From Trypanosoma brucei (taxonomy: Eukaryota): a stretch of DNA of 64,000 nt. The DNA lies in the NCBI GenBank assembly GCA_000002445.1, contig CP000067.1:1312001-1376000 (forward strand). Reading direction: 5' to 3'. The notes beneath the pieces are model-generated. The model made no database searches and was not told where the DNA came from. It saw only the letters and a program-made list of their open reading frames with translations. Of the stretch, positions 32,111 to 44,185 are shown piece by piece. How positions within the stretch are numbered: the first letter of the stretch is position 1; each line of letters begins with the position of its first letter. A program made the position numbers and the translations under genes.

Positions 32111-33313
32111 TCACTTCCTTACTGCCTTACCCTTTAAACGTGCCGTGAAAGCTTCAAGACTCTTCTGCACTTCCGGGTTCATCATAAGCTCCACGAAGAA
32201 CTGCGTGTCATATTCTCTATCTTCCTCGGAGCCAATGAACTGCAAGAACTCACGGCGGAGCATATCGCGCGACATCCAGCGCGACTGCTGCGGAACTGAC
32301 AGGAAGCGCTCAACCTCCTTCACGGCTGCCTCGCGCAACTGGTGTTCCCCATCCACAACCAGATCAACCAAACCCATTCGAAGCGCCTCGTCAGCGGTGG
32401 GCGTTTCACCAAGTTGAAGCATCCTCTCAGCACGCCGCGAACCGAGAACGTACGCATAGGCGGGAATAACCCAGGGTGGTGTGGTGATGCCAAGTTTCGT
32501 CTCGTTGAGACCAATGCGGTACGGGCGGTCGGGTTTGTCAGCTGGGTGCCGGACCATCACGCGGGAATCACAACCGAGAGCGAGCACGCAGCCACCAGCC
32601 GGAGAATTGCCGCTAATCGCCCCGATGATTGGTTTCGGGAAGCTGTTGAGGATGAGCCACGTCTCCTGAAAGCTCTTCCAAAAGCGCCGGAGGCGCTCGG
32701 GTTCCGGGTTGTGCATTTCACTCATGTCCAGACCTGCCGAAAAAACAGTGGGTATCGAGGATGTCAAAATGATCGCCTTGCAGCTTTCGTCACTACCAAG
32801 CCACAACATCCAACTGTTGAATTCTTCAAAGAGCTCTAGACTGAGTGAGTTCACGGGTGCACGACTAAGTGCCACTGTTGTGATGCCCCGGTCACTCGTG
32901 TCTAACCGCAATAACCTTGGAGGCTCCGATGGCTTTCGTGGAGGTTCGAAGTCATCTTCTGCTTCTGCGCCGACTGCCGATGAGTGCATTTGCGGTTGCT
33001 GCTGCTGCTGCATGTGCTGTTGCTGGTGGAACTGCTGTTGCTGCATGTGTTGCTGTTGCTGGTGGAATTCCTGCTGCTGCATGTGTTGCTGTTGGTAGAA
33101 TTGCTGCTGCTGCGGTGACATCTGGTGCTGGGTAGGAGCTGCCCCCCTCAGTGGTGGGGCGCGAAAGTTTGGAGGGACGTTACCTGGTGGTCCATGGAAC
33201 GTTGTTTGCAAACGGGAGGCTACAGCCGCTGCCGGAACGACACCAGAAGTTCCAATGTTGACAATCAGGACGGACGAAGATCTATTAAGGGATGACAGGA
33301 CGTTGCGACGCAT
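32111..33313 (-). CDS. Enoyl-CoA hydratase/isomerase (crotonase-fold) family protein, mitochondrial-type presequence, N-terminal His/Gln-rich insert. ORF track gives 32111..33592.
   Basis: C-terminal domain matches crotonase-family hallmarks (FSAGLDMSEM..., AISGNSPAGGCVLALGCD, ETKLGI). MRRNVLSSLNRSSSVL at 33313 looks like a presequence. The upstream ORF extension translates the poly-Y tract. Confidence 0.75.
   Translation of the reverse strand: MRRNVLSSLNRSSSVLIVNIGTSGVVPAAAVASRLQTTFHGPPGNVPPNFRAPPLRGAAPTQHQMSPQQQQFYQQQHMQQQEFHQQQQHMQQQQFHQQQHMQQQQQPQMHSSAVGAEAEDDFEPPRKPSEPPRLLRLDTSDRGITTVALSRAPVNSLSLELFEEFNSWMLWLGSDESCKAIILTSSIPTVFSAGLDMSEMHNPEPERLRRFWKSFQETWLILNSFPKPIIGAISGNSPAGGCVLALGCDSRVMVRHPADKPDRPYRIGLNETKLGITTPPWVIPAYAYVLGSRRAERMLQLGETPTADEALRMGLVDLVVDGEHQLREAAVKEVERFLSVPQQSRWMSRDMLRREFLQFIGSEEDREYDTQFFVELMMNPEVQKSLEAFTARLKGKAVRK
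32990..33120 (-). repeat. Imperfect tandem repeat with about 30-nt period inside the enoyl-CoA hydratase CDS. It encodes Q/H-rich repeats.
   Basis: The plus strand repeats ctgctgttgctggtggaa.ctgctgctgcatgtg about 4 times. On the minus strand this translates to (QQQHMQQQQF/EFHQQ)n. Confidence 0.75.
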
Positions 33314-33384
33314 AACTACTTGATCACTGCTTGTTTTTTTTCCCCTCTTCAACTTTATTTTTGTGCTTAGTGTGAGTATGGGTC

Positions 33385-33480
33385 TTGTGCCTCTGGTGCT
33401 CCCTGCGTGTGGTGAATAAACACACAAACAAACACGAAACAGAAATAGAAACAGAGAAGAAGGCAGGAAAAAGTCCAAGA
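33385..33480 (-). promoter_or_regulatory. Putative poly-pyrimidine tract for trans-splicing of the enoyl-CoA hydratase mRNA.
   Basis: The plus strand reads aaacacgaaacagaaatagaaacagagaagaaggcaggaaaaag, which is purine-rich, so the minus strand is CT-rich. It lies 70-170 nt 5' of the proposed ATG. Confidence 0.4.
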
Positions 33481-35199
33481 AAGGTTGGGTGGGAAGTGAA
33501 GCAGTAGGTGACTGTGCGCCCATCCATTCCAAGCTTCCGCCTTTCTCCCCTTTTTCGGTTGAGTAATGTGAGGAAGTGTTTGGGAATCCCACTCACCCAA
33601 CGGGGGTTAACCGAGACACAAAGAAGCGGGTGAAAACCGTGTCTCTTTGTTGCCTCACCCGCGGTACAAGCGGTGGGACGTTGTGAGAAAAACATCACGT
33701 GCGTGCCATCACGGTGTACCATCTGCAGATGTAGGCTGTCGTAGATTATATCGGTAGTTTCATCAGCTCTAGGGCAATATTTGCACAACTCAGAGTTGTC
33801 CTCTCTTTTCTCAACAGTATGAATAACACAGCACTAGGCCCTCTTTAATCTCTTTGTCAATGTTCTCTCCAACACATGCGTCCGCCCCCTACAGACGGTA
33901 AGTTCGGCAACCACCACTGAATCTCTCAGTGCGTTGGTGGTCTCCTGGAGGGTGCTGACTGTAAACTCGTTGTTCCTTTTCATCGCATCAACAACATTGT
34001 TGCCATTGAAATCGTTGTTGTTGGAGGGGTGGGGGCACCGGTTGCCACCACACAAAAGTGGTATCTTATCCCCAAGGCGCGATATACAAGAATCGAAATA
34101 GAATAGATGATTGTGTTGGAATTTGTTGAAACTCCATTGCTTGCATACAAGAGCAAGGCTTTGCTGCCGTTGGTAAAATCCTCCCCTCCATGCCAGCGCG
34201 GCTGGTGAAACGCATGCCGGATATTAGACGAGCAGACAACAGTGGCGCCCCTACTTGTGGCTCACTTACTTAACCATTGGTTTGAATTTTCTTGAATGCG
34301 GTAGATGAAGCGGGAAAAGCACGTGTGTGTGTCAGGGGGGGGGTAAGAAGACATGTTTCCAAAACTGAGCCGGTGACGGTTTTCTTCCTGGAAATTGTGC
34401 AGGGCAACATCCAACCACGGATGCAATATAACATAGAGGGGGTAACAACTCACGGCAGATTCCTCGGAATTTCCATGGAGGGGGTCATAAGGACTGTTAA
34501 CACAAATTTAATTACTTTTCAGCAAAGAAGGGCAGTCACGAGATTGGTTTAAAAGGCCACTAAACTTAATAAAAAGAATACTTGAAGAAAAAACAAATGT
34601 TGAGAATGTACTCATCTTGGGCTGTGCTGTTCTAAACCCAGAAAAGGGACCGATTCCCGCCCTACGCGACCAAAAAACTAAAGTAAAGACGTCAACGACA
34701 CAGTCAGAAAGAGTGTTTGCATGGTAAAAACTAAAATATTGGCAGTGCCAACGACCCACCGACACTTGGGGCTAAAGGAAGCCACCGGCAAATTAGCGGA
34801 GATGAGGACTTCCAACCATTAAAAAAAGGGGGAAAAAAGACAAGCGTAAACTAATGTTAGGCAAAATTACGACCCCAAATAGAAAGGACAATGATAAGGC
34901 AAGTCTCGCCATTGCGTAGCATTGCGCTACGCACACAATGTACCTCGCTGGAGGTATGAGAACAAAGAGTGAACAAATAATGAACCCACAACAAGGGCAC
35001 CCTCCCCCTTCTTTGCTCCAACTGCGGAGTCAAAAGGATACAATGCTCTGTGATTTTCATATATCGCATCCCCACGGGGCAACAGCATATGCACAAAACC
35101 GTCGTTACAGAGAAGGGGGAAATCGACTTTGGACGAACAGGAGAGACTCTCCTCCCGTTATTCCATTCCTAGGCTTCCCTCAACCCCTGCCAACTGGGG

Positions 35200-35976
35200 T
35201 CACCTAAAAGAACTAAACGGTTCAGCAAAGACTTCACCTGCCATATTCTGAGTCTTCGTGGTTGATGTCGGTGTGCGAGCGCAACAGATGCTTCCCAGTG
35301 ATTCGCTAGCTCTACGGTTTAATTTGCTGCTTTCCCGTGTGCAGCGCACTGAGGCGTCCGGTTCCTTATCAATAGTAATGTATTGTGCCGAACCGTAGAG
35401 AGCCGAAGACGGTTGGCTAACGTACAGCTCAAACACGCGATCAGTTGACAAGTCGCGAATCCTTTTGGGGTAACCCAGTTGGCATTTGCCGCAGTCATGG
35501 GCACCCAACACGGCACTCTCCTTCGCGCACTCGCGAGTTGCGAGGCATCCGTCGTTGATGGCAATATCTAACGTAGAACAGTTGGAGCTACTACGGCACA
35601 GTTCCTTACAGTCTTCGCACAGGGAAGGCACCGGAGTGAGTGGAATGTCCAGGGCGCTAAGCAACTGCCTGTTTTCATCCCCTATCAGAACCGCTCCGTT
35701 CACTCCTCCCCCAAGCGCCCGAAGTCGCCTCGTCTCACACAACACAGCGGGTGGCGGCAGCGCGTCAGGGGGCCTATGCCCGTTTGTAAAAAGCCTTAAT
35801 ACAATGTGGTTGTTACGAATAAGGCATACGAAGATGATAAAAACGATGCAAGTTAGGATAACTACAAAAAGAATGAACAACAACATGGCCACACCCACTC
35901 TCTCCATCGACACGTACTTCGGGGCGTTGGGATTGTGCGACGCAACGTGGTTCAAACTCCTTGATGAAGAATCCAT
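35200..35976 (-). CDS. Hypothetical Cys-rich type-II/single-pass membrane protein.
   Basis: 258 aa. N-terminal hydrophobic anchor AMLLFILFVVILTCIVFIIFVCLI, followed by a domain with numerous Cys (CEDCKELC, CGKCQLGY). Confidence 0.5.
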   Translation of the reverse strand: MDSSSRSLNHVASHNPNAPKYVSMERVGVAMLLFILFVVILTCIVFIIFVCLIRNNHIVLRLFTNGHRPPDALPPPAVLCETRRLRALGGGVNGAVLIGDENRQLLSALDIPLTPVPSLCEDCKELCRSSSNCSTLDIAINDGCLATRECAKESAVLGAHDCGKCQLGYPKRIRDLSTDRVFELYVSQPSSALYGSAQYITIDKEPDASVRCTRESSKLNRRASESLGSICCARTPTSTTKTQNMAGEVFAEPFSSFR

Positions 35977-36449
35977 GGGTGAAGTTCCTTTGTGCCTATG
36001 TGCGTGTAAATGGACAAGGGGGGAAATACCATGTTCAAAGAGGGTAGAAACAGAGGTTCAAAAACTCTTTTGCCCCGTTGAGCAAGTTGGGAACCATCGA
36101 AGATATTCCATTACCGACGCGCCACCAGCACACAAAAGTTTAGACGTGGCCAAAGGACTGCCAACTCAGTTGTAGTGATGTCCATTAAAGGTGGAGGCAA
36201 GACGCGTCATTATTCTTCAACCTCATGAGACAATCTGTGGGTAGACCACATGACCAGACTCATGCAAAAAGTCACAAATCAGTAGCGGAGAATGACGAAA
36301 AATTTAGCGAACAAGTTGGTGGCTCTGCCGTGCAGGTGCATGAGGCTCTCCGCCGCCCTACTTTCTCATCGGCTTCCACCACGTCAGTTACCTCCTACAC
36401 GCACGTGAGCAGATACGTTCGCCCATCCGCTTATCACATTGTGCTACAA

Positions 36450-39400
36450 TTATAGACTACCGAGAATATGACCAAAGTATGCGTTGTTTCCATGTTCCTC
36501 TCTAAAGTATTCACACAGTTGTGGGCGGACGCGGAGTGCTTCGATGAGGACCTGATCTGGCAGGTTTACGAGGAAGCTGCTGCACTCACGGTAGTGCATC
36601 TCTGCGAAGAGGAGGACACCGCGCCACAGCTGAACATCCTTTTCCCATGTTCCGTCCTTCGCTAGTGGAAGCAAGACCTCCTGATGGACAAATCGAACGA
36701 GGTCCACGGCCGCGCGTGGTGGGTGGAGACCGCAGGCGAAAATCAGTGTTGCCATCAACTGTGAGGGAACTTTTGTAGCTCCAGTGTTCTTCATTAACTG
36801 TCGCACTGCCCCTTTGATTTCTGCTGGTCCGTAGAGGTATTCGGTCGTGCTCTCGTCGAAGGTCCGCCGCAGTTTTAGCAGCACACAAATCACCTCTTTC
36901 GTTGTGAGGGCACTGAGGGGAAGATTCTCAGCGATGAGCGAGGTTTCGCCTTCCGCTGTCCTTGCTTTTGCGTTGTTACCAACCACACTGCCATCAGGAG
37001 ACTGGGGGCCGGAGGAACTGAGAATGCCACGTGTTTCTGCATGAGTCCTCATTGGTGTCTCCACAACAGTTGAGTGGGGAGAGGATTGATGAGCTTTGCT
37101 TTGATATGCATCCCCATCGCGTACTCCACGTGTAGCGTGATGCAAATAAACAAGAAGATCCACACGCGAAACCCCGCGTGGGGAGCCGTCACTAAACTGC
37201 ACTGGTGAGCGGACAAGGACTTCTTGTGCAACATCGCGAATGAGCCGAGACATTTCCTCCTCGCTCATGCGCATCGACTCTGGTGCCGTGTCATTGTCCA
37301 TTGTTTCCTCGGCCCGTTGCTGGAGCTGTTGTTCCACAAAGTGCAGAAACGAACGGAGGTAAGTCCTCTTAAGCTCCTCCATCGGAATGAGACTCATAAA
37401 AGGGGCAATGAACCGCACGTCGTGAAGGGACGCAGGCGATTCCTGCACGTTTACCACGTCAGCGGGCTCGCCGTTGCTCGCGAGAGCACTGTGATATACG
37501 AAAGGTATTTCGCTATTTTCATACATCACACGTGCGTGGCCGAGCAGAGCTGCGGCTATTCCCTCCAGATCCGCTGCTGATACCTCACCACCTTTCCCCA
37601 TCGACCGTAGCTCAGCACTAACCGCCCACAATATCCTCTGAACAAGCATCGTGGCACTGTTGCTGTACCGACGGAGATACGGCATCACATTCGACATGAA
37701 GGAGAGGGCGTCCGTTTGAAAGAGCCGCTGACACATGCGGCGCACGTCTACATGATCAGCAAGCAATTGGACCATGGCGGTGTTTTGCCGTTCGACGCAC
37801 TCTTTAAACACGTCAAGAAGTGCTGGAATGAGCTCGCGCGGTTGCCGGGCACACAACATAAGGAATGGCCCAAGATGGCGGTCCAGTGCTTCGGTCAGCT
37901 TCTGTAACTCCTTCGCTCGAGTTTCCGCCGCATCACCTCCCGTCATGGTCGTTTCTCCTTCTTCCTGTTTCGCCACAGCACTCCCTGAAGACGTAACTGC
38001 TGTTGGGAGCCTAGTGACTGGTATGGCGGCTATTTGCCGCTTGGCGTGCCGCACAAGAAGGGTCTCCACATTATCGTCAATCACGCGCCGGCCGTCCAGC
38101 CCGGCGGATGAGGCCAGTAGAGCACCTAATTGTTTCACTGCGAGGCGACGTGGATACTCACTCCTCGATGTAGTCATGTAGAGAAGGCTGTTTAGGGCGT
38201 AGCGTCGACAAACTGCGCGGCGCGCGGCGACACTTTTTAGAAGCCACATTCCCAGCAGGCAACGTGCCTTTTCCGGCGAAAGACAATAGTGTTTGTGCAA
38301 ATAGTGCCAAACATAGCGAGTAATGCGAGGGCACTGCAACAGCAAGTCGAGAAGCAACACTGGCATCTCGCCTTCCGTCAGCACCTCCATCATGCGGCAG
38401 AGAAAGTGGCTATACACACAAGGGTTTTGTATAGAGTCCTCACGGAAGAAGCGCGAAGGACCATCCGTTGCCGACTGTGCCTCTTCACTACCACTTACGC
38501 CCTCACGGTGGAAAGAGTCGAGATCGTTTCCGCCAAACGAGCTACCATCGTCACGTGGCCGCTTGCGGTCAGTTAGCGAACTTTGCATATCCGGTGCCTG
38601 CAGCCAGTCAACTGGGTTTTCCGTATCAATAGTGAGAACTGCACGTGACTGTAGCTGCACCTCACCCCCCATGTTAGCAAAGGCAGAAGAGGGGGAAACC
38701 GCAAACATCAGCGCCTTGCCGTCATGTTCATGCACCGGTGCCTGTGCTGAGTATAGCATGAAGAGTACCTGAAGGGCTAGCTGGTACGCCGATGTAAGTG
38801 GTGGAACCTTCGCTACTGGGCTCCCTCCTCTCGTCTTTTGAAAACTACTCGCCGCAGCCAGTTCTTTTTTCAAGCGGGCGCAGACGGCATCTAGCGCAGA
38901 ATCCATCATCGACGAGGGCATCTGAGCGATTGTACGGGCAATGAGTGCTTGGGCCTCTCGCACACGACCCTCTTGCGCATCCACCAACAGATCGTATGCG
39001 TCAAGTAACGAGAAAAGAGCGGCGCGCTGCATTGTGGCAAGACCGGACTCATTGCTGAGCAATTGTGCACCAGCTGCGTACATTGCCGTGCTTTCCTTCA
39101 AGTGCTCCAACAACCTGCCGACGGGAATATTTTCCACACCCTGCTGTTCAATACGACGAAGTCGCTGTAGTTCTGCCCTTTGTGCTCGTCGTACTGCTTC
39201 ATACTGTTGCTGTTGAAGTCCCTGCATGTGCAGCAACTGAATTCCCTGCTCATTAATAATGTCAAGGCGTGAGATACTCAAGAACACCATCTCTACGAGA
39301 GCGTTCGCCGGGAGGGGCCCGACAGTACTCTTAAGGAGCGTCTCCCGTGGCCCTCCATCGGCACCATCTTCCATAAGCGTTGGGTCATCAAAGTCAGCCG

Positions 39401-40787
39401 CTGCGCCTTCATTAACTACTGCATCACTGCTGGGCGCAGGTAATATCTGCTCACACTCACGCAGCCTCGAGGTTGCTGACGAGGACGGTGCCTCTTCCCA
39501 TTTAGCAGCACAAATGCGGTTATCGCCGCTAACGTCAGTTGCATTATTACAACCATTCTCAGCACCGACTCCGTCTTGTTGCAAATTCGTAAGTTTGAGT
39601 GGGTCGTCAACATCCAATTGCCCACCAAAGACACCAATGGCCGCTGTCACCGCACTTTCAATCGAGGGGAACACAGGCAGTTGCCGGTGGACCACTGAAA
39701 GCAGCCGGCGAATAGCGCGCTGAGGTCCAGCAGCGCGAAGCACATCAAACGCTGCCGCCGGTTTTTCCTGTGATTCGGTTCCTGTGGACTCTACAGATTT
39801 TTGTTGTTGGAGCACTAAATATTGCTGTACGGCCGTCAGCAAGCGGTTCGCTGCGAAACGCCCAACGACAACAATCGAGTCATCAGTTCCGCGTCCAGCA
39901 CAATGCCACAGTAGCTCCTCTACTACACGAAAAGTGCTTACCAGCACTAGTGGCGAAACGGCCGTGCCATGTGCACCATTTGGTTGCGGTGTAACCAACA
40001 ACCTTCCCTTGCCACTGCTGCTATTGGTCACATGAGGACGGAGGGCGTCCACTGCAGTGGAAAGGGGCAAAAACAACCCTTCAACGACCTGGCGCGCCGC
40101 CTGCAGGGCAGCTTCATTGCCTGTTCCGCCTTTCTGCATTTCCTTAACCGCTGCTAATGTCGCGTCCTCACTATTGGATACTTCCAGAAGCGAGAGAAGC
40201 AAGACACGCAGACAATCTATCACCTTCAGCTGCATGGCGGTGTCGTGGCGTTGATGTTGTTTACTTACGAATTCGGAAGCGTTAGAAGGACCAACGAGCC
40301 GCTTCGCCATAACGAGCCGGAGGGACTGCAATTCCCCACGTAGCGATGTGATGGATGAGCAATCTTCGGTCTCATTACTGCTTGGCGACAGAGCTGATTT
40401 AAAAGCCACTGCAGCCGTCTGCCGGAAGAGAGCTGTCACGGCTTCTGTCAGAAGCGAAAACAACTGAACGTCACCTACCGTTGATATCTCGTTAAAAAAG
40501 AGCGCAAGAAGAATATAATCATCCACCGCAAGTTGGCAATTACTGCCCCCAATGTTTGATGCTGTGGCACATAGAATACTCCCGATAGCTTTCATCAGAG
40601 AGCACTGCAGCACCACCTGTGAGCTATCGGCTGCGCTGTACGTGTCGACTAATGTTGTGATGGTTTCTCTTAGTGCTTCACCATCAGCAACGCCCTTGGC
40701 TGCGTCTTCAGCCAGCTGTTGGACGGGACCGAAGTCTACTGCGGCTACCGTTACGGCCTGCCTTGCCGCTTCGATGAAGGCTTCCAT
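36450..40787 (-). CDS. Large (1445 aa) conserved hypothetical protein. Leu/Ala-rich, probably alpha-helical (HEAT/ARM-like) repeats.
   Basis: Uninterrupted 4.3-kb ORF on the gene strand. I could not recognise a catalytic motif by eye. Confidence 0.6.
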   Translation of the reverse strand: MEAFIEAARQAVTVAAVDFGPVQQLAEDAAKGVADGEALRETITTLVDTYSAADSSQVVLQCSLMKAIGSILCATASNIGGSNCQLAVDDYILLALFFNEISTVGDVQLFSLLTEAVTALFRQTAAVAFKSALSPSSNETEDCSSITSLRGELQSLRLVMAKRLVGPSNASEFVSKQHQRHDTAMQLKVIDCLRVLLLSLLEVSNSEDATLAAVKEMQKGGTGNEAALQAARQVVEGLFLPLSTAVDALRPHVTNSSSGKGRLLVTPQPNGAHGTAVSPLVLVSTFRVVEELLWHCAGRGTDDSIVVVGRFAANRLLTAVQQYLVLQQQKSVESTGTESQEKPAAAFDVLRAAGPQRAIRRLLSVVHRQLPVFPSIESAVTAAIGVFGGQLDVDDPLKLTNLQQDGVGAENGCNNATDVSGDNRICAAKWEEAPSSSATSRLRECEQILPAPSSDAVVNEGAAADFDDPTLMEDGADGGPRETLLKSTVGPLPANALVEMVFLSISRLDIINEQGIQLLHMQGLQQQQYEAVRRAQRAELQRLRRIEQQGVENIPVGRLLEHLKESTAMYAAGAQLLSNESGLATMQRAALFSLLDAYDLLVDAQEGRVREAQALIARTIAQMPSSMMDSALDAVCARLKKELAAASSFQKTRGGSPVAKVPPLTSAYQLALQVLFMLYSAQAPVHEHDGKALMFAVSPSSAFANMGGEVQLQSRAVLTIDTENPVDWLQAPDMQSSLTDRKRPRDDGSSFGGNDLDSFHREGVSGSEEAQSATDGPSRFFREDSIQNPCVYSHFLCRMMEVLTEGEMPVLLLDLLLQCPRITRYVWHYLHKHYCLSPEKARCLLGMWLLKSVAARRAVCRRYALNSLLYMTTSRSEYPRRLAVKQLGALLASSAGLDGRRVIDDNVETLLVRHAKRQIAAIPVTRLPTAVTSSGSAVAKQEEGETTMTGGDAAETRAKELQKLTEALDRHLGPFLMLCARQPRELIPALLDVFKECVERQNTAMVQLLADHVDVRRMCQRLFQTDALSFMSNVMPYLRRYSNSATMLVQRILWAVSAELRSMGKGGEVSAADLEGIAAALLGHARVMYENSEIPFVYHSALASNGEPADVVNVQESPASLHDVRFIAPFMSLIPMEELKRTYLRSFLHFVEQQLQQRAEETMDNDTAPESMRMSEEEMSRLIRDVAQEVLVRSPVQFSDGSPRGVSRVDLLVYLHHATRGVRDGDAYQSKAHQSSPHSTVVETPMRTHAETRGILSSSGPQSPDGSVVGNNAKARTAEGETSLIAENLPLSALTTKEVICVLLKLRRTFDESTTEYLYGPAEIKGAVRQLMKNTGATKVPSQLMATLIFACGLHPPRAAVDLVRFVHQEVLLPLAKDGTWEKDVQLWRGVLLFAEMHYRECSSFLVNLPDQVLIEALRVRPQLCEYFREEHGNNAYFGHILGSL

Positions 40788-42153
40788 GAAGTAAATCCCA
40801 ACCCCAAACTTTCGTTTACTTCCCGAGAATATCTTTTTGTATTCTTTTTCCCAGCCAGTGGTGAGAACTTATGTAAGTGAGCTACAAATGTTGCAGAGCT
40901 GTCTTATGAAACTGTGCCCCCAACTCTTCTCTCGCCCTTAAGGGGGAAACCTATTTCTTGCTCTTCTTCGTTAATGTTACGCTTTTTTTTTTTGTGATCG
41001 TGCCGAATGCGAAGTCGGCAAACAAATAATACGATTACGGTCCGCATCAGTAGAGACACACAAGAAAAGGAGAAAGACATGAAATAGGAAGAGCATACGA
41101 AGAGACTAAAAACAGTTGAAATAGGAGGTATACACATGCACATATAAACATATATATATATATATATATAGGTGTGTTACGCGCACAGCAGTACCGCTTT
41201 ACGATGCGTATCTAACTTCCACTGTTTCAGGTTCTCTGAGAGGCATCCATTTCATTTCTTTTTCTGTGTGCGTGTATCTGACGTGTGTACTGAAAGGAGA
41301 AGGTTGCAATCCTCTTCTTTTACTTTTTGTCTGTCCCTCTTTACTACTTCATTTACTCAAACCGAATAGTCACATAATGGAAGGATGTCATCATTCCACT
41401 CCACTCCACTCCACTTCGTTCCATTCCGTTTATTCCTCTTCTTTCGTATGCACAAAGTTTCCACGAACGGCTGGAAAGAGACAAAAAAAAGATTGGATAA
41501 TGAAAACGTGGGACATATTCATACAAATCAGAAACCAGAAACATAGAGAAAAATAACGTAACAAACACGGCAACTGCAAGAAATGAACAACCAAAAGAAA
41601 ACAAATGAGGAACTGTATCAGAAAGCGAAAAAAAAAAGAAAAGAAAAAATAACAAAACAGAAGAGATGAGTTACCGTATAGTTGCTGTATGAAATGACAA
41701 AGTAATTCATTATTCCTCTCTTTAGCTTCTTATTGTTTCCCATACAAAACGAAACGAAAAAAAAAGTATAAACATGTGACCTCCCCCGAGGGCGGTCGAT
41801 GCGGGAGAGGCGCAAATTCCTGCTCGTTTATCCTGTTCATCCTTTTCTTTCATCCCTTTTTTGTATCTGTTTTATGTTTCACTCATATTTCTATGTGTTT
41901 GCGTATAAATGAATAAATGAGTCTTTGTGTTGGCTTCCACTCATTCATTCATAAAATTGTTTTATTTCCTCTTCCTCCCTCAATGTCACAGGGACTGACA
42001 GGGTGATGCGTCATTTTTTTTTTGTTTTTTTTGTTTTTAGCATCACTCCACCCAATGTTTCCCGTCTCTCTTGGACAAAACTCAGTTTTTCCTCCTTTTT
42101 TCCTTTCAAATAGCCACAAGCCCCCCAAAATTGTTATATTTTATATGACTTGT

Positions 42154-42171
42154 AAATAAATAAATAAATAA

Positions 42172-42204
<33 letters not shown>
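42154..42204. repeat. (AAAT)6 followed by (TA)14 microsatellite.
   Basis: aaataaataaataaataaataaatatatatatatatatatatatatatata. Confidence 0.9.
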
Positions 42205-42206
<2 letters not shown>

Positions 42207-44185
42207 AAGTTTTCACAATTTGATTTTTTTTTCATTTATTTATTCGTTTATTTATTATTATTAGTATTTTTTTAGGGGGTGGATGGGGAGCCGCCGTCAA
42301 GTGGCAAAAACCATATGCGGCTAAACAAAGTATACCCCCCCTTTCTTTTAAAAACAACAACAAAAAAAAAATGTGCGCATTCAAAAGAAAAAGAAACCAA
42401 TACGGGAGATAAAAGGCAGTGAACCTAATAAAACAGAAGAGAAAGGGGAGGGGAAAAAATTGGAAAAAATAAAACAACAAAACGAAGTTCAAAAGAGAAA
42501 AAAGAAAATAACCGACAACACGAAAAAATATGGAGGAGGCGTCAAGTTCAGTGCCGGTTAGCGTATATTTGAGAAAAATAAGAAGAAAGCAGCGGTAAAC
42601 ATTAAGAAGGAGATGTACCGTACACGTAATTGAGAACAAAAACCTTTCCTTCCCTTGTTCATGAAAATATAAATAATGATAATGACGATATAATTATAAT
42701 ATAAATGTAAATATTTGTCATTTTTTTTTCATGTTTCATTTGTTAAGTTTTTCTTCACTCATTCACTCAGGAATGTCAAGCAATCGAATCAAAAACGATA
42801 TCATAACCATAACCATAACCATAAACAAACAAACAAAAAGAAAAAAAAACGGAAGCGATAGAAATAAAAGAGGGAAAAGAAAAGAATTATGAATGAAAAA
42901 GTAATGTCTCACGACAGGCACCGCGTCACGCATCGAAAGACACGGACGGGAAAACAATCAAAATCAAAAATAGAGAGCAAGAGGAACACACAAAATAAAA
43001 CAAGGAAAAAAGTATGCGTGTTAAGGCGTTTAAGTGCTGGGCAAAGTTGAATCAAATTGGTGACTGGTGACACCGGCATTTATAATAAACAAAAATAAAA
43101 ATAAAATAAAAAATGCACGCAAACACATGGAAAGCATAAAAGTGAGTTTATGCGCTGCGAAGTGAGGGATTGAACAAGACCGGCATATACACACACGTGC
43201 ACACAAAGCCGTACAAATATGAAACATATAAGTATATATATATGCTTTATTTATACAAATTGACTTGCGTGAATCATATGAATCTCTCTTATTTTTACAA
43301 AGTTTTGTGTTTGATTTGTTTATTTTTCTGCTTTATTTTTTCTATCTTGATGAGAGAACAGCCGATATCTTCCCCCGTCTCCTCCTTCCTCTTTTAGTTT
43401 CTTCTTTTGTCTTTTTTTTTTTGTTTTAAATTATCTTTTCTATAGTTCATCCGAATAGTCGCAAATCATATTGGAAGGGAACCATAAATTGAATCAGGTA
43501 AACGTAGAAACAACAACAATAAAAAAAAAAAAGAACAACAAAAAGAGGCAACAACATGAAACAAAGCAAAACCAAAGAAAAAAGCAGATAATAACAATAA
43601 CAATTAAAATAATGATAATAACAAATGAAGGTGAGGGAATTTAAGAAGAAGTACACGTGAAATGTATACGTGTGCGACACCAACAGGCCAAAAATCAGTT
43701 GTTGTTGTTGTTGTTGCTTTTGACATACGAACGAAAATAAATAAAAGAAATGGAAGGCGCTTCCCCGAATGTTTTCCCTCTTTGTTTTTTTTCCTTTCTT
43801 TTATATTTGGGGATGTACCGCCATGCCACAACGAAACGAACGTGAAATACAGCACGAGCTAAAGCACACAATCAAACCAAAGGAAAATCGTTTAGGGAAG
43901 CAAAACAAAACAAAAAAAAAAGAAACTCGTTTTGGGCCATACGTTGGGAAGCGTTTGAACACAGTGCTGAGATAAACCACTGAGGGTCCACTCTTTCAAA
44001 TACAAAAGTACATATATATGTATGTATATGTCCATATGTATGTTGTTTGCTTGTGTGCGGTCTTGCATGTGTTTATGTTGTTATTTCCCCATCTTTAGAT
44101 ATGCTTTTTTTTTTTTCTCTCTTCCTTTTTTTTTTCGTTTTTAATTGTTAACACAGCTCCTGTTTATTCAAGCACTTGGAAACTG

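Noticed and set aside
35486-36175. 229-aa plus-strand ORF.
   Set aside because: Overlaps the minus-strand Cys-rich membrane protein gene and its flank, has no recognisable features, and sits on the strand opposite to every other gene in the unit.
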